Source: a virus (Duplodnaviria > Caudoviricetes). From it: DNA of 42,145 nt. Shown piece after piece: positions 11,101 through 21,205 of the stretch. Made by a program: the position numbers and the translations under genes. Below the pieces are notes generated by a model, which was not told the origin of the DNA, searched no databases, and worked only from the letters and a program-made list of their open reading frames with translations. How positions within the stretch are numbered: the stretch's first letter is position 1; each line of letters starts with the position of its first letter. Location of the stretch: IMG/VR virus record IMGVR_UViG_3300012952_000036, positions 1 to 42,145 of that record. The stretch is one strand, 5' to 3'.

Positions 11101-11728
11101 TGGATTAGCATGTTTGAGTAATAAAATTAGACTAGCATCAGGTGAAGGTGACTTGGAAATAGAAGGAATAGGCAAAGTAGAATTAAAGGCGGCTACTAGT
11201 AGTACTGGTGGTAGAATAGGTTATGGTGGTGGAAGTCAAAAGGCTAAGAAAGCCATTATAGACAAATATGCAGAATATATTCCTACAGTAGTAGATAGTA
11301 TTGGAGGAGTTGGTGGTAGTTTAGGATTTATGAAATTTATTAATGGACTTAATCAAGACTTGCCAGTGACTGATGCAAATAATCAAAAAATAAGAAAACA
11401 ACTTGCTCTAGAACTATTTTCAATGGATATGGAAAATTATGCAGGCCCTATCGCAGACATTATTTCTAATAATGTAAGTACAGAAGAGATTGAAAATGTT
11501 TATTTAAAACAAAATTTCTTATGGTACAAAGATAGAGATGATTTTGATGGATTGCTTTTAATTAGTATTCCTAATCAAAAGACTGCAATGATTAAAAATG
11601 AAAATGACCTAGTTGCATTTAGACGTAGTGGTCATGCAATGGCAACATCTATTAGTATTATACCTACACAGGCTGGTGCTGGTAGAGAACAATGGGCTCA
11701 ATTAAGTCTTAAGAAAGGTACTTTATAA
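5156..11728 (+). CDS. 2190-aa multidomain protein: putative amidoligase (COOH-NH2 ligase) domain plus C-terminal PD-(D/E)xK-like domain
   Basis: [33 protein letters not shown] and IEFRIGGG motifs; C-terminal GPGE..GD.EI....VELKA. Confidence 0.75.
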   Translation: MKFKDVRTIESILTEYGMKPGSSTPTSQQSTGANAKANKPSPTVDKKTPPQKDLGSPTTTPGLDVKEPEQEQPQFTPIKTGELEVDAEYKDEKGEVLGKVVSKVGDKPQPDKVVVQDKKGEYQLLDPKDEVFVDLEENKKVRKLSQKSTNRLSSLVKDGRKKIKKLAKLGLKEADEKLFEINFNRKEVVNSSLDAQIRCGWEAETVWENIEGDTDDVDNLSLSEVDDQYGGVDWDSIAEGYTEWLYDNKVDEFFDDMVRDFVDEREDDEDYINEFIENEGIEESDWDDYREGVLRTEYGDERYEEEGAEELSELYGYEDENWAREYVDEYRGQDLRDYLEEIARDDDDVRQAAYEEAESNYDYDDWINDNWYSMSSFCDDYGIDYSYGNNLGQVAELVSKFVRDSSAFSDDYVEHGDYGNTSGSTKNYAVESDSSIDGYGTGAEIISPVFSTPRRMLAEMKKFFEFLQSEGALTNSSTGLHITMSYNPQDGETVNHKPGTSEVIANKVKMAVLLGDQYLLSEFFRSSNTYTKSQYRELEDAVRNLQQESGTEGIKKAEAFLEKAISPDKFRAIHFKSQKDSQTNTNLIEFRIGGGEDYEQEFDKVFKATVRYATTMIAGHTDQYQGDYVKALSKLLRKASDLSKADAEEVENMKDQYADVSADPLLDTSKAIVSSKKYLEFTQKMLSGMEDIKKATEYLDPKADVKWKKQWMEFIENTNESLDDFDSSLKRKLDKIKYSKRGGVKEDKDEDSRSIKGYFRPAMEPPSERALSKRGEGLAKFTEALGMLAIDVSTGIARKVPNAKSVGALRSFLKKNDIKEREIEFNIIQAIESLQWEHNKSNSAKLTHQSKVEIVKDGINKLLQRDIIRRPDFISNPQVEALAKGMWNVVNNKDFDPKVLKKLTKLAKDVRLGSDRLGDTTDIENDIAYLIKETVDKRQFNDFYNKLTTSGYGSKPVFISPGMIYDKESYNKLIAYVKNFEPYDQPVSRNHNPNIYGDDSYEDVSLSNYTMLLRRRFAFLEQQHETDKSKAVETLQKMAPSIAKFYDTNKSQDEQWSQIIGIERDEVQDLPNMSEKEKEDFYDLLGERDGEQYLGLRNYRYENIQGTLDDIIRGSTDGRTVHNLQDFVTDSVREMLGSYYRNKERYPFYYKFNEVKDTIKSRFKGLADFMRTLDKIFVDNGFASQDDAIKRKQQLTKDRDNFKKTVRNSSYATINIPAHSIAYMKKDEYARIMEWIEMYGDEKDEAGSPMEPNRTLLQDVVDGASNVNSGSRRQGMFYVIPSAHWGPLQDATDNLERLKALKRIGDMSQDWRYQNYTVLLQKFIDTYGIDYKTLRNEEKYKIIDGEDRRKLSNSFKIEFTGKLDGRAGMGDVQDLIPAKELQNKFSGEPLNTSSALSWIIDDGNTQKALAAYDFKKYHGAEAEKIKSMVVQNMKEKRNGFYKAMREVMESTPKGVQAVDDQKIIDAAGVENMRKSSSNSIQDAANWSNLADFLKIERGVDNQGPNILEKTARTFDGDHNWRPEPDPDVCCIERWVASVKTAAEYIKLNYNVSAGNYFRKNPDGSDGDDVGSIYGDGGRGMPAGARARASNNEEVTEQDYETVRSKYKDFERMMNAGMQDYIVRRDVNRLVDFLKNPDNDEDFKKAVLQSMMKQKLLGARPGSFDGHLALGRQYLAQNESVFDKFDRLPLEEQIEILANSKVLERPLSKSEKKDKEKYVKGMKKSKGDFEKRYGKDAKAVMYATATKMAKESVNNFNRIEAINKLLADHFPVGDLKKQMLAFQAIPLPSMLDAFRKLRADAGDDACARNILRFYVDALPEEEKKKINLQEWSKQHITKLLKEYTDLGTEKDNIIKTISGLDASNEQHANLLDRIYKLLNSEHIGKTLDNAFSYPLMDEPLSDKQKQKVIQDVTKIIGSIDSDYGTMSKFITRLEKTGTVVNIKELDKPLNTFANVFGDDISMKAFVSLTAYGVGVNQKGPGEYGLACLSNKIRLASGEGDLEIEGIGKVELKAATSSTGGRIGYGGGSQKAKKAIIDKYAEYIPTVVDSIGGVGGSLGFMKFINGLNQDLPVTDANNQKIRKQLALELFSMDMENYAGPIADIISNNVSTEEIENVYLKQNFLWYKDRDDFDGLLLISIPNQKTAMIKNENDLVAFRRSGHAMATSISIIPTQAGAGREQWAQLSLKKGTL

Positions 11729-13419
11729 TGAGAGCAAGTGAATTTAAAAACTGCCCTAGGACCAAAGAAAGAAATTGCCAGTGCGAATCTTTAAACACAA
11801 TCAGTGAAGCAGAAGAAATAGTAAAAGCAGTAGTTCAATTAGAACATGTTGAAGGTGATATATCAGGCGGTATTGTTTTAAAACAAGAACCAAACAAACC
11901 TACAATAATCAGAGGACAGATCAAAGGACTTGAACCAGGCATGCATGGTATTCATATACATGAGTTTGGGGATTTAAGTGATGGGTGTGATAGTGCTGGT
12001 GGTCATTACAATCCAGACGGAGTTGACCACGGTGATTTAATGCAAGGGCATGTAGGCGACTTAGGTAATATTGTTGCTGATGAGCAAGGTGTTGCTAGTT
12101 TTAAAATTGTTGCTAGACGTGTAGATTTAAGTGGTGACCGAAGTGTCGTAGGCAGAGCAATGGTTATACATGCAGATGAAGATGACTTAGGTTTAGGTGG
12201 AGATGAAGAAAGTTTAAAAACAGGTAATGCAGGAGAAAGACTTGCTTGTGGTGTTATACGTTTAAGAAAAGGTATAGAAGAAAGTTATAGTAGAACAGTT
12301 TCAGATAAACATTTTGATAGAAATCAATTGCCACAAATTAGAAGAAAACATTTAGATAAATCAGAATTAAAATACAAAGAAGGTACAATTAGTATAGACA
12401 AAATTAAACCTGTACAAACTCAACGTGTAGATGGATTAAGTAAAAAAGCAGAAGATGTATTTCTTAAAAAAGCAGACAGACCTTTTATTTTAGATAAAAA
12501 AGGTTATTTAATTAATGGTCATCATAGATATGATGCCGCAAATATATTAGGTATTAAACGTGTTCCTGCAATTATAGTTGATGCAGACATAGAAAAAGTA
12601 ATGGATGTTTTTAAAGATAGAACAAGTGATACAGCAGTAATGCAGGAAAACTATTTTAAAGATTTACTAAAATCTAAAATGTCAGAAGCAGAAGTTATTA
12701 ACTTTCCAGGCACTTATGTAAAAAGAGAGTATGTAAATATAAATGGTGTTAAAATGCTCAAAGATGTTTGGGACTATATGAGTCAAGATAGAGAAGAAGA
12801 GCATGGCTTTGATGACAATATGAATACAGTTAAAAAAAAGATTAGCAACTTTACTGGCAACGAAGATCCAAGAATTTTAAAAAAAGCATACCAAGTTGAA
12901 TTAAGAAACTTTATAGATGAGTTTGAAAACCAAGACATGGACCCACAACCATTTATAGATGAACTGGAACAACTTGATGAAAGAAATCTAAATCCTGCTG
13001 TTAAAGATTATATCAAAGGCAAAAAGACTAAACTTATTAAAGTCAAAGTAGCAGACTTAGATGACGAAGCAAATGATGACCGTTTTGGTAGAGTAATAGA
13101 TGTTGATCCAGATGTAGGTGTTGATTTAGATAATCCAATACTGTTAGATGTAGATGGCAAAACAATACTTGATGGTTTCCATAGAGTATATCAAGCAAAA
13201 CGTGTTGGCAGAGATGTAATACCAGCAGAGATTATAGACGAAAACTTTGCTGACGGTAAAAAGAAAGGCAAAAGCAGACCTGGTAGAGTAAAACGTGCAG
13301 GTGCAAGTTGTAAAGGTTCTGTTACTAGTTTACGCAAAAAAGCAAAAGACAGCAGTGGTGAGAAGTCAAAAATGTATCACTGGTGTGCCAACATGAAGTC
13401 CGGACGTAAGAAAAAGTAG
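11728..13419 (+). CDS. sodC: Cu/Zn superoxide dismutase fused to two ParB/Srx-like domains
   Basis: [50 protein letters not shown]; later LINGHHRY and ILDGFHRV. Confidence 0.85.
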   Translation: MRASEFKNCPRTKERNCQCESLNTISEAEEIVKAVVQLEHVEGDISGGIVLKQEPNKPTIIRGQIKGLEPGMHGIHIHEFGDLSDGCDSAGGHYNPDGVDHGDLMQGHVGDLGNIVADEQGVASFKIVARRVDLSGDRSVVGRAMVIHADEDDLGLGGDEESLKTGNAGERLACGVIRLRKGIEESYSRTVSDKHFDRNQLPQIRRKHLDKSELKYKEGTISIDKIKPVQTQRVDGLSKKAEDVFLKKADRPFILDKKGYLINGHHRYDAANILGIKRVPAIIVDADIEKVMDVFKDRTSDTAVMQENYFKDLLKSKMSEAEVINFPGTYVKREYVNINGVKMLKDVWDYMSQDREEEHGFDDNMNTVKKKISNFTGNEDPRILKKAYQVELRNFIDEFENQDMDPQPFIDELEQLDERNLNPAVKDYIKGKKTKLIKVKVADLDDEANDDRFGRVIDVDPDVGVDLDNPILLDVDGKTILDGFHRVYQAKRVGRDVIPAEIIDENFADGKKKGKSRPGRVKRAGASCKGSVTSLRKKAKDSSGEKSKMYHWCANMKSGRKKK

Positions 13420-13432
13420 TTAAATACTACTA

Positions 13433-14653
13433 ATGCAACTATCCAAAATACAAAATCCATTTAAACAATTTATGAAGTCATGTGGACATGATGTATCACA
13501 TGTTCCTGATAGTTCTATGGATACACTATTTGGCATGAGCGATTTTTTTGAATGGTCCGAAGACCAGCACAACAATTTACCTATTTTACATGTTATTTCT
13601 TTAGATGGATTTGCATCAGATGTAATATTTAACACATGGCAGGAAAATGCTTTTGACCAAATACTAATTCCAGCCTTTATTGCAGACAATCCTAATGCAA
13701 TCGTACTATTTGAAAATAGTGCTGAAGGTCATTGCGACAAAGATATATTTGAGTTTATACACCAAGTTACACGGCATTATGCCCTGTCTAACGTGTTTTA
13801 TGGCAATAGTTGTGTCAATATATCAGATATTTTTAAAACGTTTGCATACGACACTTACGACGTTTTATACACAAGGAATTACAAGGAAGACACTATGTTG
13901 CAGTTGGATATAAGTTCTAATTATGAATTTAACAATAATAAAAAATATCTATTTAATTGTTTGAATAATGCACCTAGACCCCATAGAACATTATTGCTTG
14001 GAGCAATATTAAATAAAAATTTGCACAATAATATATTAAGTTCACCTGATGTACCATTTGAAGAAGTTGTAACAAATGCTATACAATATTTTACTAATAT
14101 GGATGATATAAAAACATGCACTACATATTTGGAAAAATTACATGATGTGTACCCTTTAGTGTATGATGACAGAGATGCTGATGTTGTACACATGAAAAGT
14201 GTAGGAGATACAGAAGGATTATTTGATTGTGATATACAAATAATTACAGAATCAAGTATAGGTAAAGAATTATTTTTTACAGAAAAGGTTTTCAAACCAA
14301 TATTGATGAAGCAACCTTTTATTATTTTTGGACCACATAGAATTTATCAGCATTTAAATGAAATGGGATATAAAACTTATAATCATTTGTTTGACAATAT
14401 TGAATTATATGATGGTGAAACAAATGTATTACAAAAAATAGATATTTTAATAGATAATTTAGAAGTATTATCCATTAAAAAAGATAATTCTGCTATATGG
14501 GATAATATTATTTCATTAAATAAGGAAATTGCTGAACATAATTTTGATGTATTTCACAAAAATGCAGAATTTATTTTGAATAATATCAGAGTTGATTTGG
14601 ATTCTTGGCTAAAAGTGTATCCGGAATTTGATAAAATATTTCAAAAAGGATAA
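13433..14653 (+). CDS. Putative glycosyltransferase-related phage protein (TEKxxKPI family)
   Basis: 406 aa; FNCLNNAPRPHR and IITES..FFTEKVFKPILMKQPFIIFG; GTTAAATA box at 13419-13426. Confidence 0.6.
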   Translation: MQLSKIQNPFKQFMKSCGHDVSHVPDSSMDTLFGMSDFFEWSEDQHNNLPILHVISLDGFASDVIFNTWQENAFDQILIPAFIADNPNAIVLFENSAEGHCDKDIFEFIHQVTRHYALSNVFYGNSCVNISDIFKTFAYDTYDVLYTRNYKEDTMLQLDISSNYEFNNNKKYLFNCLNNAPRPHRTLLLGAILNKNLHNNILSSPDVPFEEVVTNAIQYFTNMDDIKTCTTYLEKLHDVYPLVYDDRDADVVHMKSVGDTEGLFDCDIQIITESSIGKELFFTEKVFKPILMKQPFIIFGPHRIYQHLNEMGYKTYNHLFDNIELYDGETNVLQKIDILIDNLEVLSIKKDNSAIWDNIISLNKEIAEHNFDVFHKNAEFILNNIRVDLDSWLKVYPEFDKIFQKG

Positions 14654-14656
14654 ATA
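14649..14656 (+). promoter_or_regulatory. Late promoter box (GATAAATA)
   Basis: 5 nt before ATG 14662. Confidence 0.65.
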
Positions 14657-14661
14657 CAAGT

Positions 14662-14853
14662 ATGAAGATTTCAGATATCATAAATGAAACAGCATCCGTA
14701 GGCGGAATGAGTGCAGGAGCAGTTGCGACAGTAGTAAAACCTATTGCTAACGATGTTCAACGTGTTGTACAGAAACCAAAGAAGCCTAAAAAGACAAAAC
14801 ACGCACACAAGAAGCCAGGTCCAAAAACAAAATCAACATTAATTAAGAGATAA
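14662..14853 (+). CDS. Small protein, putative internal head protein
   Basis: 63 aa; MKISDIINE leader, ETASVGGMSAGAVA, basic tail. Confidence 0.75.
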   Translation: MKISDIINETASVGGMSAGAVATVVKPIANDVQRVVQKPKKPKKTKHAHKKPGPKTKSTLIKR

Positions 14854-14854
14854 T

Positions 14855-15067
14855 ATGAGAGTATTGTCTACTAAAAATGGTCCCACAGTAGTAAGTTCTA
14901 AAGAATTTCACTTCTTTGACAAATTATCTCATGAAAAAGGTATATATGAATACGAGCTCAATGAAAATGAGTTGCATACTGCTCAGGAATTAAGGCAACG
15001 TGGGTTAGTATTAAGAGTAAATGACAATGGCAAAGCAAAATTCAAAGTCTATCCGCAAAAAGACTAA
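14855..15067 (+). CDS. Hypothetical protein (possible winged-helix-like)
   Basis: 70 aa; ELNENELHTAQELRQRGLVLR; coupled to the upstream gene. Confidence 0.7.
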   Translation: MRVLSTKNGPTVVSSKEFHFFDKLSHEKGIYEYELNENELHTAQELRQRGLVLRVNDNGKAKFKVYPQKD

Positions 15068-15488
15068 AATAGACAAACGCAAAGTTGCAAAAAAATTAGA
15101 ACACGCAACAAAAAAAGTATTATCCAAAAATCTATTCTTTTCTGTACAAAAGAAATGTGGATTATTTGATATTGTAGAAGCAAGTTCTAGACAACCTGTG
15201 TTTAAAGACGTTGTACTTCCTGAAACAGCAAGACGTATAGTTAAAACATTATCAACTACGCCTAAAAGAGGCATTCCTGCCACAGTATCAACTATAGAAA
15301 AAGCATTGGATAGATACCAAAGACATGTTGCAAAACATTATACTGATTTAATTTTTTATAAACACACAATGAAGACCACTAACGATAGTCTAAAATTTTA
15401 TTCTACTGAAAGTAGAGCAGAGTTATCTATAATGGCTTTGAGAAACGCAAAAGAATCTTTGCATTCTAATATACACACCTCAGTCTAG
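15021..15488 (+). CDS. Hypothetical basic protein
   Basis: 155-aa ORF overlapping the previous gene; exact start uncertain. Confidence 0.65.
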   Translation: MTMAKQNSKSIRKKTKIDKRKVAKKLEHATKKVLSKNLFFSVQKKCGLFDIVEASSRQPVFKDVVLPETARRIVKTLSTTPKRGIPATVSTIEKALDRYQRHVAKHYTDLIFYKHTMKTTNDSLKFYSTESRAELSIMALRNAKESLHSNIHTSV

Positions 15489-15520
15489 TAAATTTTTTCC
15501 ACAGTATTTTCGTTCTTTTT

Positions 15521-15528
15521 GATAAATA
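15521..15528 (+). promoter_or_regulatory. Late promoter box (GATAAATA)
   Basis: Intergenic, 33 nt upstream of ATG 15561. Confidence 0.6.
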
Positions 15529-15560
15529 CATTTATAATTTTAACTTTATCGGGAATTGAC

Positions 15561-16841
15561 ATGAAAATTACAAATTTTAACCAAACTCCTCAAGATACAA
15601 TTAAACAAATTAATAAGTATCTCAAGGAAAATCACGGTGTAAAAGTTACAGGCTTCCATTCTAAAGCAAAACTTGAAACTGTGAAAGAAAAAGCAGAGTC
15701 TCATATAGTAAGACTCAGAAACACAAATAAGAAATTCAACTTAGATCCAGACTATGCTAAGTTTTTAGGCGTTAGAGATGTTATCAACGTTATGATTAAC
15801 GAAGGCATGTATGCAGAAAGTCCAGCAATGCAAGAAATGAAAAACAATCTTGTACAAGAAGTTCAAAGACTTATGGACAGTGGATACACAATGGATGAAG
15901 CAAGTAAACAATGCATGAATAACTTTAGACAAGATTCCAGATATGCACACGATGATGAATTTGTATTACCGATAGTTTTAAAAGCCGCAAAAGATTACAT
16001 GGAATCCTCATGCGGAACACGTGAAGATATAGAAGATTTAGGAACAATTACCGATACTGAACTAAATGAATATCTTTTAAAAGAACTAGCAAAAGAAGTT
16101 GGAATGGAAATTGAAGATGTCGATACCCTTAAAGCAATAGAAGAAAAATTAGATATGTTTGCAGAAGTTAGTGGCAAAAGCAGAGATGCAGTTGTTGGCT
16201 TTTTGAACGGTTTAGAAGAAGATGCAGTAGCAGGTGGAATTCAAATGTTTGGTAAAAAAGTTGCTGAACAGAATAAATTTACTGGTGCTAGAAAAGATGC
16301 TATTGCACAAGGTAAAGACAAGTTTGAAGTAGATGGTGAAGAATATGACGTTACAGGCGATACTTCAGACGAGAAGAAACAAGCAAAGAAAGAAAGCATG
16401 TTTGATGATATTATTACTGATATGATTGCAGAAGAAGTTGAAGTTGAACAAGCAGAAGTTGTAATGGCACTTAGAGCATTAAGTGATGATGTACAAGGTC
16501 ATATTGAAAGAATTGGTAGAATGATTAATGAAGACCTACCTGCAATAGCAGACCAATTAAGTGCAGAGTTCGGAGCCCAACAGGCACAAGGTATTAAAAT
16601 GGAGGCTGAGTCAGCCTTAGATGCATTACTTGTTGCTAACAAAGGCAGTAAAGAACAAATGGACGCAGTTATCGGACAACTTACTGGTGCTGGTGCAGGA
16701 ATGATGGACCAACCAATGGACGCAGGACTTGGAGCAGAGGAACCTATGATGGATGAACCTGTTGCTGATAATGTACCTGCCGCGGCTGGACCAGAAGAAG
16801 AGCCACTAGGTAGAGCACCTGTAGACGCACCTGAGGTGTAA
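15561..16841 (+). CDS. Acidic helical protein, putative prohead core/scaffold-type
   Basis: ATG 15561 after GGGA; 426 aa; Glu-rich, many (L/I/M)xE sites; Pro/Glu-rich tail ending EEPLGR. Confidence 0.65.
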   Translation: MKITNFNQTPQDTIKQINKYLKENHGVKVTGFHSKAKLETVKEKAESHIVRLRNTNKKFNLDPDYAKFLGVRDVINVMINEGMYAESPAMQEMKNNLVQEVQRLMDSGYTMDEASKQCMNNFRQDSRYAHDDEFVLPIVLKAAKDYMESSCGTREDIEDLGTITDTELNEYLLKELAKEVGMEIEDVDTLKAIEEKLDMFAEVSGKSRDAVVGFLNGLEEDAVAGGIQMFGKKVAEQNKFTGARKDAIAQGKDKFEVDGEEYDVTGDTSDEKKQAKKESMFDDIITDMIAEEVEVEQAEVVMALRALSDDVQGHIERIGRMINEDLPAIADQLSAEFGAQQAQGIKMEAESALDALLVANKGSKEQMDAVIGQLTGAGAGMMDQPMDAGLGAEEPMMDEPVADNVPAAAGPEEEPLGRAPVDAPEV

Positions 16842-16842
16842 C

Positions 16843-17190
16843 ATGAAAATCCGTGAAGTAATACTTTTTGAAAGTTACTTCGACGACTTGCAAATTGCTA
16901 TCAAAGATAGACTTGCACAAGTAGTTGGCGGTGATATGGACGAAATCCCCACAGAAGTTTTTAGAGACCTCATGTCAAAAGATGGTTTTCTTTTGAGCAC
17001 CGACGAATTAAAACAAACATTAAATGACATGGACGTTGTACAAAGTGTAGATGATGAAGTAATTACACCTAAAGGCAAAATTCCAAATGACATGGCAGAG
17101 CCAGATGCTGAAGAAGAACCTGAAGTAGACGTTACTTCAATGGCAGGCGACCAAGCAATGCAAGACGTAAAAGCAGACTTACCCACATAA
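16843..17190 (+). CDS. Acidic hypothetical protein
   Basis: 115 aa; MKIREVILFE leader. Confidence 0.75.
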   Translation: MKIREVILFESYFDDLQIAIKDRLAQVVGGDMDEIPTEVFRDLMSKDGFLLSTDELKQTLNDMDVVQSVDDEVITPKGKIPNDMAEPDAEEEPEVDVTSMAGDQAMQDVKADLPT

Positions 17191-17209
17191 ATCTGAAATA
17201 AATACTAGT

Positions 17210-18298
17210 ATGAAAACTACTCTGCTAGAAAATCTTACCAACCCTTACCAAAATAAAGAAGAATTATCTTTTGAAGAATTTGTAAAATGTTTTACAAATG
17301 CTATCAGTCGACTTCATACTTATGTTGGCACATATGATGTTAATGATTTAGCAGATGATTTACAAGAACGTTATGTTTCAGAAAAATTTTTAAACTTTGA
17401 AAAAGTAGTTAATATAAATTTAGCGGACTGTCCAAAAACATATGATAATCTTAATATGGATTCGGATGATTATTTAGATGTTTTACATAAAGAATTCAAA
17501 CCCAGAGATAATAACAAAGATTCTTTTCTGAATCAAAAATACAGAACAATTGAAAGATTTTTAAACTTAGGTATGTCAGTTAAAGAATGGAGAGCAGGTT
17601 ATAAAGACTTCTCATACAATATTAATTCAATAGGACTAAGAAATGATTTTGAATTTGATGACTTGCAATCTAATGAATTTATTCCAGTGTTTGGTTGTAG
17701 TCATACATTTGGAGTAGGCAATCCTACTGAAAGTCTTTGGCATTCTAATTTAAATGAAGACATGCCAATTTTTAATTGTGGTATGAGTGCAAGTGGTATT
17801 GTAGAAGTTTATTTGTTGCTAACAAAACTGTTTAAAGAAAAACCTTTTAAAAAGGCTTATGTTTGTGCTCCACATATTGAAAGGACTGCTCATATTAGTA
17901 ATAAAGGATTTATTGAAGGCGGAACATTTTATCAAATAACATTAAAAGAATGGTTTAATATAAATGAATGCTTTAACAAAGAAACAAGAAATATGTACAG
18001 CCATATTGTTTTAAATGCATTAAAAGATTTTTGTAAAGTAAATGATATAGAATTAATTATGTATGCAAGACATACATTTTGGTGTATGAAAGATTGTATA
18101 GATTGGAACATTATATTGCCTTCTACCATGCGTACAAGTCATCATCCTATGGTAGAAGTTGAATATGCTAACAGTAAAAAGCATAGTATAGAAACATTAA
18201 GAGAAAATGTAGGCAGAGATTGTACACATTTTGGTTCAGTATGGCATAGCCAAATCGCGAATGTGTTTAAAAACCGTTTAAATAAATACTTGTCATAA
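17210..18298 (+). CDS. SGNH/GDSL-like hydrolase-fold protein (paralog A)
   Basis: YNINSIGLR, FGCSHTFGVG, RDCTH; AATAAATA box at 17197-17204. Confidence 0.6.
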   Translation: MKTTLLENLTNPYQNKEELSFEEFVKCFTNAISRLHTYVGTYDVNDLADDLQERYVSEKFLNFEKVVNINLADCPKTYDNLNMDSDDYLDVLHKEFKPRDNNKDSFLNQKYRTIERFLNLGMSVKEWRAGYKDFSYNINSIGLRNDFEFDDLQSNEFIPVFGCSHTFGVGNPTESLWHSNLNEDMPIFNCGMSASGIVEVYLLLTKLFKEKPFKKAYVCAPHIERTAHISNKGFIEGGTFYQITLKEWFNINECFNKETRNMYSHIVLNALKDFCKVNDIELIMYARHTFWCMKDCIDWNIILPSTMRTSHHPMVEVEYANSKKHSIETLRENVGRDCTHFGSVWHSQIANVFKNRLNKYLS

Positions 18299-18306
18299 GG
18301 AATCAT

Positions 18307-19401
18307 ATGGATAAAAGACCTAAAAAATCTGACTTATATCTCAGGATACTTCAACCATTTTTAGAAAAAAGAAAAATGGCTTTCCCTGACTTTGTAAAGG
18401 CATTCACGGCAGGTATTACTAGAATGCATATAGGTGATTATCTTTACAGTCAGGAAGATTTTGTTCCCTCTTCTTGGGAGTTTTACAAAGATGATTTAAT
18501 TGGCAACAGAGACTATTTGATACACTTAGAGGATTTGCCCAAGCAATATAAACATTTGTCCTTAGATACTCCTCACACTACAAAAAAATGGCTAGAAGCA
18601 TTTTCTGAAAAAGATGTCGATCAAGAACCTAACAATAGAAAAATAAGAGATGGTGTTGTTAGTAAGTTTACAGATATTGGAATGTCAGAGGAAGAATGGT
18701 GGTCAACATACGACGAAGGAAATCCAATTACTTACAATATTAATTCTCTTGGTTTGCGTAGTGACTTAGAATTTGAAGATTTAGTACCTAATGAATTTAT
18801 TCCTATATTTGGTTGCAGTCATACACAAGGGTTGGGCACAGCAGAAAAAGATATTTGGTTTAACAAAATAGGAGAAAATCTTCCTTTGTTTAATTGTGGA
18901 TTAAGTGCAAGTGGACCTATGGAAGTATATTTGTTACTAAGGCAATTATATGAACAAAAGCCTTTCGATAAAACTTATATTTGTTTACCTCATGGAGAAC
19001 GTACAGCACATGTTAGCAATAAACGTATTATAGAAGGTGGAGTACATTATCAACAAATATTTTTAAAAGAATTTGAGCATATTAATACAGCAATAAATAT
19101 GGAAACTAAAAATATGTACACATCTATTACTATATCTGCTATAGAAGATTTTTGTAAAGCAAATGATATTGAACTAAAAATGTATGTAAAGAACACATTT
19201 CAAGGTGTAAAAGATTTTATAAATTGGAATATTATTGCACCCCCATTAACAAAAATGTACAGACCTGTATTAGGAAAAGAACTACAAGTTGTAGATCCAA
19301 AGATCCATACACCAGCACAAATTAAAAATGCATGTGCTAGAGACCTTATTCATTATGGAGTAAATTGGCATGATAACATTGCAGAGTATATGATTGGTTG
19401 A
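18307..19401 (+). CDS. SGNH/GDSL-like hydrolase-fold protein (paralog B)
   Basis: YNINSLGLR, FGCSHTQGLG, RDLIH; similar to paralog A throughout; AATAAATA box at 18281-18288. Confidence 0.6.
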   Translation: MDKRPKKSDLYLRILQPFLEKRKMAFPDFVKAFTAGITRMHIGDYLYSQEDFVPSSWEFYKDDLIGNRDYLIHLEDLPKQYKHLSLDTPHTTKKWLEAFSEKDVDQEPNNRKIRDGVVSKFTDIGMSEEEWWSTYDEGNPITYNINSLGLRSDLEFEDLVPNEFIPIFGCSHTQGLGTAEKDIWFNKIGENLPLFNCGLSASGPMEVYLLLRQLYEQKPFDKTYICLPHGERTAHVSNKRIIEGGVHYQQIFLKEFEHINTAINMETKNMYTSITISAIEDFCKANDIELKMYVKNTFQGVKDFINWNIIAPPLTKMYRPVLGKELQVVDPKIHTPAQIKNACARDLIHYGVNWHDNIAEYMIG

Positions 19402-19426
19402 CTAGAACACTATAAAATGCTATAAT
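19398..19426 (+). promoter_or_regulatory. Sigma70-type promoter
   Basis: TTGACT-N17-TATAAT with TG extension. Confidence 0.8.
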
Positions 19427-19444
19427 AAACCTTAAGGAAAAAAC

Positions 19445-20116
19445 ATGATTTTAAAACCTAAATTTGATTACAAAATACTGCAACGTAAAACTACTCCACA
19501 AGGAAGACAATATGTTGGAGATGATAATGTTCCTGTACCTAGTGTAACAACAGTATTAGACAAAACATCAGACAAAACAGCCTTAATTGCATGGCGTAAA
19601 CGTGTAGGTGAACAAGAAGCAAATCGTGTTAGTAAAGAAAGTGCAGGGCTAGGAACAAAAGTACATAATGCAATAGAAAAATATATTCTAGGAGAGTCAG
19701 TTGAATTTGGTAATAACGTGGTTAGTGTTATGGCAAAAGAAATGTCTGACTTAGTTATTAATGAAGGCTTCACAAATATAGATGAAGTTTGGGGAACAGA
19801 AATAGGTTTAATTGCACCTGGTTTATATGCAGGAACAACAGATTGTGTTGGAATGCATAAAGGCGAAGAAGCAATTATAGATTTTAAAACTTCTAAAAAA
19901 ATTAAAAAAGAAGAATGGATTGAAGACTATTATTTACAATGTTGTGCTTATGCAATGGCACATAATGAAATGTATGACACAAATATTAAAAAAGGTGTTA
20001 TATTAATGGTCAGTAGAGATAATAAATTCAAAGAGTTTGTAATAGAGGGTGCAAGGTTTGAAATGTATTGTGACCTTTGGGAAACAAGACTTACAGATTA
20101 TTATGCATCACTATGA
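19445..20116 (+). CDS. PD-(D/E)xK exonuclease (phage exonuclease family)
   Basis: PSVTTVL, GTKVHNAIE, YAGTTD, IIDFKTS, YLQCCAYA. Confidence 0.85.
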   Translation: MILKPKFDYKILQRKTTPQGRQYVGDDNVPVPSVTTVLDKTSDKTALIAWRKRVGEQEANRVSKESAGLGTKVHNAIEKYILGESVEFGNNVVSVMAKEMSDLVINEGFTNIDEVWGTEIGLIAPGLYAGTTDCVGMHKGEEAIIDFKTSKKIKKEEWIEDYYLQCCAYAMAHNEMYDTNIKKGVILMVSRDNKFKEFVIEGARFEMYCDLWETRLTDYYASL

Positions 20117-21153
20117 AACAAGTAGTTTTAAAACAACATGCAGTCGGAGAAATCTCCACAGATAACTTTGAAGTTGTTACAAAACCAATACCTGAAATAA
20201 AAGACGGAGAATTTTACATACAAAATTTTGTGTGTGGAACAGATCCATACATGCGAATTTCAATGAACCCTGTTGAAACGTTTCCTAATTATCCTATGGT
20301 AGAACTTGGAGAAGGCATACCTGGGGAAACAGTTGGTATAGTTGTAGAAAGTAAAAACAAAGACTTTCCTGTTGGCACTTACTTATGGCACAAATTAGGT
20401 TGGAGAACACATTCGGTAGGAAATAAAGATACAGAACATTTTAAACTTAATATAAGCGGCGACCGTGTAGAGTTTGCAAAACGTTATCTTACATTGTATA
20501 GTTTAGTAAGCAAAACAGCATATTATTCTTTAACTAGAGTTCTTAAAGTAAAAGAAGGTGATGTTGTTTGTGTAAGTGGAGCAACTGGAGGTGTTGGTAA
20601 TTTAGTTGTACAATTTGCAAACTTAATGGGTGCAAAAGTATATGGTATTACAAGTACAGAAGAAAAAGCCAAACTTGTTGAACAATTAGGAGGAACAGGT
20701 ATTGTTGTTCCTCGAAAAACAAACATAGCAGGAATACAAAAAATATTAAAAGAGTTTGAACCATTTGATGCTTACCATGAAAATGTTGGAAATGATTATT
20801 TCTTTTCTGCATTACAAAATATGTCATATTCAGGTAGAATGTCTTACTGTGGTGTAATGTCTTTATATCAAAATGTTATGCCAACACCTGGACCTAACTT
20901 GTTTGCCCTTACAGTGAAAGATGTTACAATTAGAGGGTGCAATATGACTAAGGATTATGCATATGGTTCAGAAGAATGGAAACAACAATTTGATTGGATA
21001 AGTGAATTCGAACAATTTGTAACAGACAATATTGATGCAATAAAGTGTATAAATTCTACATATAGTGGCATAGAAGCAATGCCTGAACAATTTGTCGACC
21101 ATTTTACTCCAAAAGACCCTGGATCTGGAAAATCTTTGTGCGAGTTGAATTAA
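20113..21153 (+). CDS. NADP-dependent oxidoreductase, MDR family (prostaglandin reductase/CurA-like)
   Basis: ATG 20113 overlaps the upstream TGA; DPYMR, TAYYSL, VSGATGGVG and ENVG motifs. Confidence 0.85.
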   Translation: MKQVVLKQHAVGEISTDNFEVVTKPIPEIKDGEFYIQNFVCGTDPYMRISMNPVETFPNYPMVELGEGIPGETVGIVVESKNKDFPVGTYLWHKLGWRTHSVGNKDTEHFKLNISGDRVEFAKRYLTLYSLVSKTAYYSLTRVLKVKEGDVVCVSGATGGVGNLVVQFANLMGAKVYGITSTEEKAKLVEQLGGTGIVVPRKTNIAGIQKILKEFEPFDAYHENVGNDYFFSALQNMSYSGRMSYCGVMSLYQNVMPTPGPNLFALTVKDVTIRGCNMTKDYAYGSEEWKQQFDWISEFEQFVTDNIDAIKCINSTYSGIEAMPEQFVDHFTPKDPGSGKSLCELN

Positions 21154-21170
21154 CTATATTTGCTGAAAGT

Positions 21171-21178
21171 GATAAATA
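21171..21178 (+). promoter_or_regulatory. Late promoter box (GATAAATA)
   Basis: Upstream of GGAG RBS and ATG 21206. Confidence 0.65.
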
Positions 21179-21205
21179 CAATTATTAAAAGTAATTGGAG
21201 TTTAC

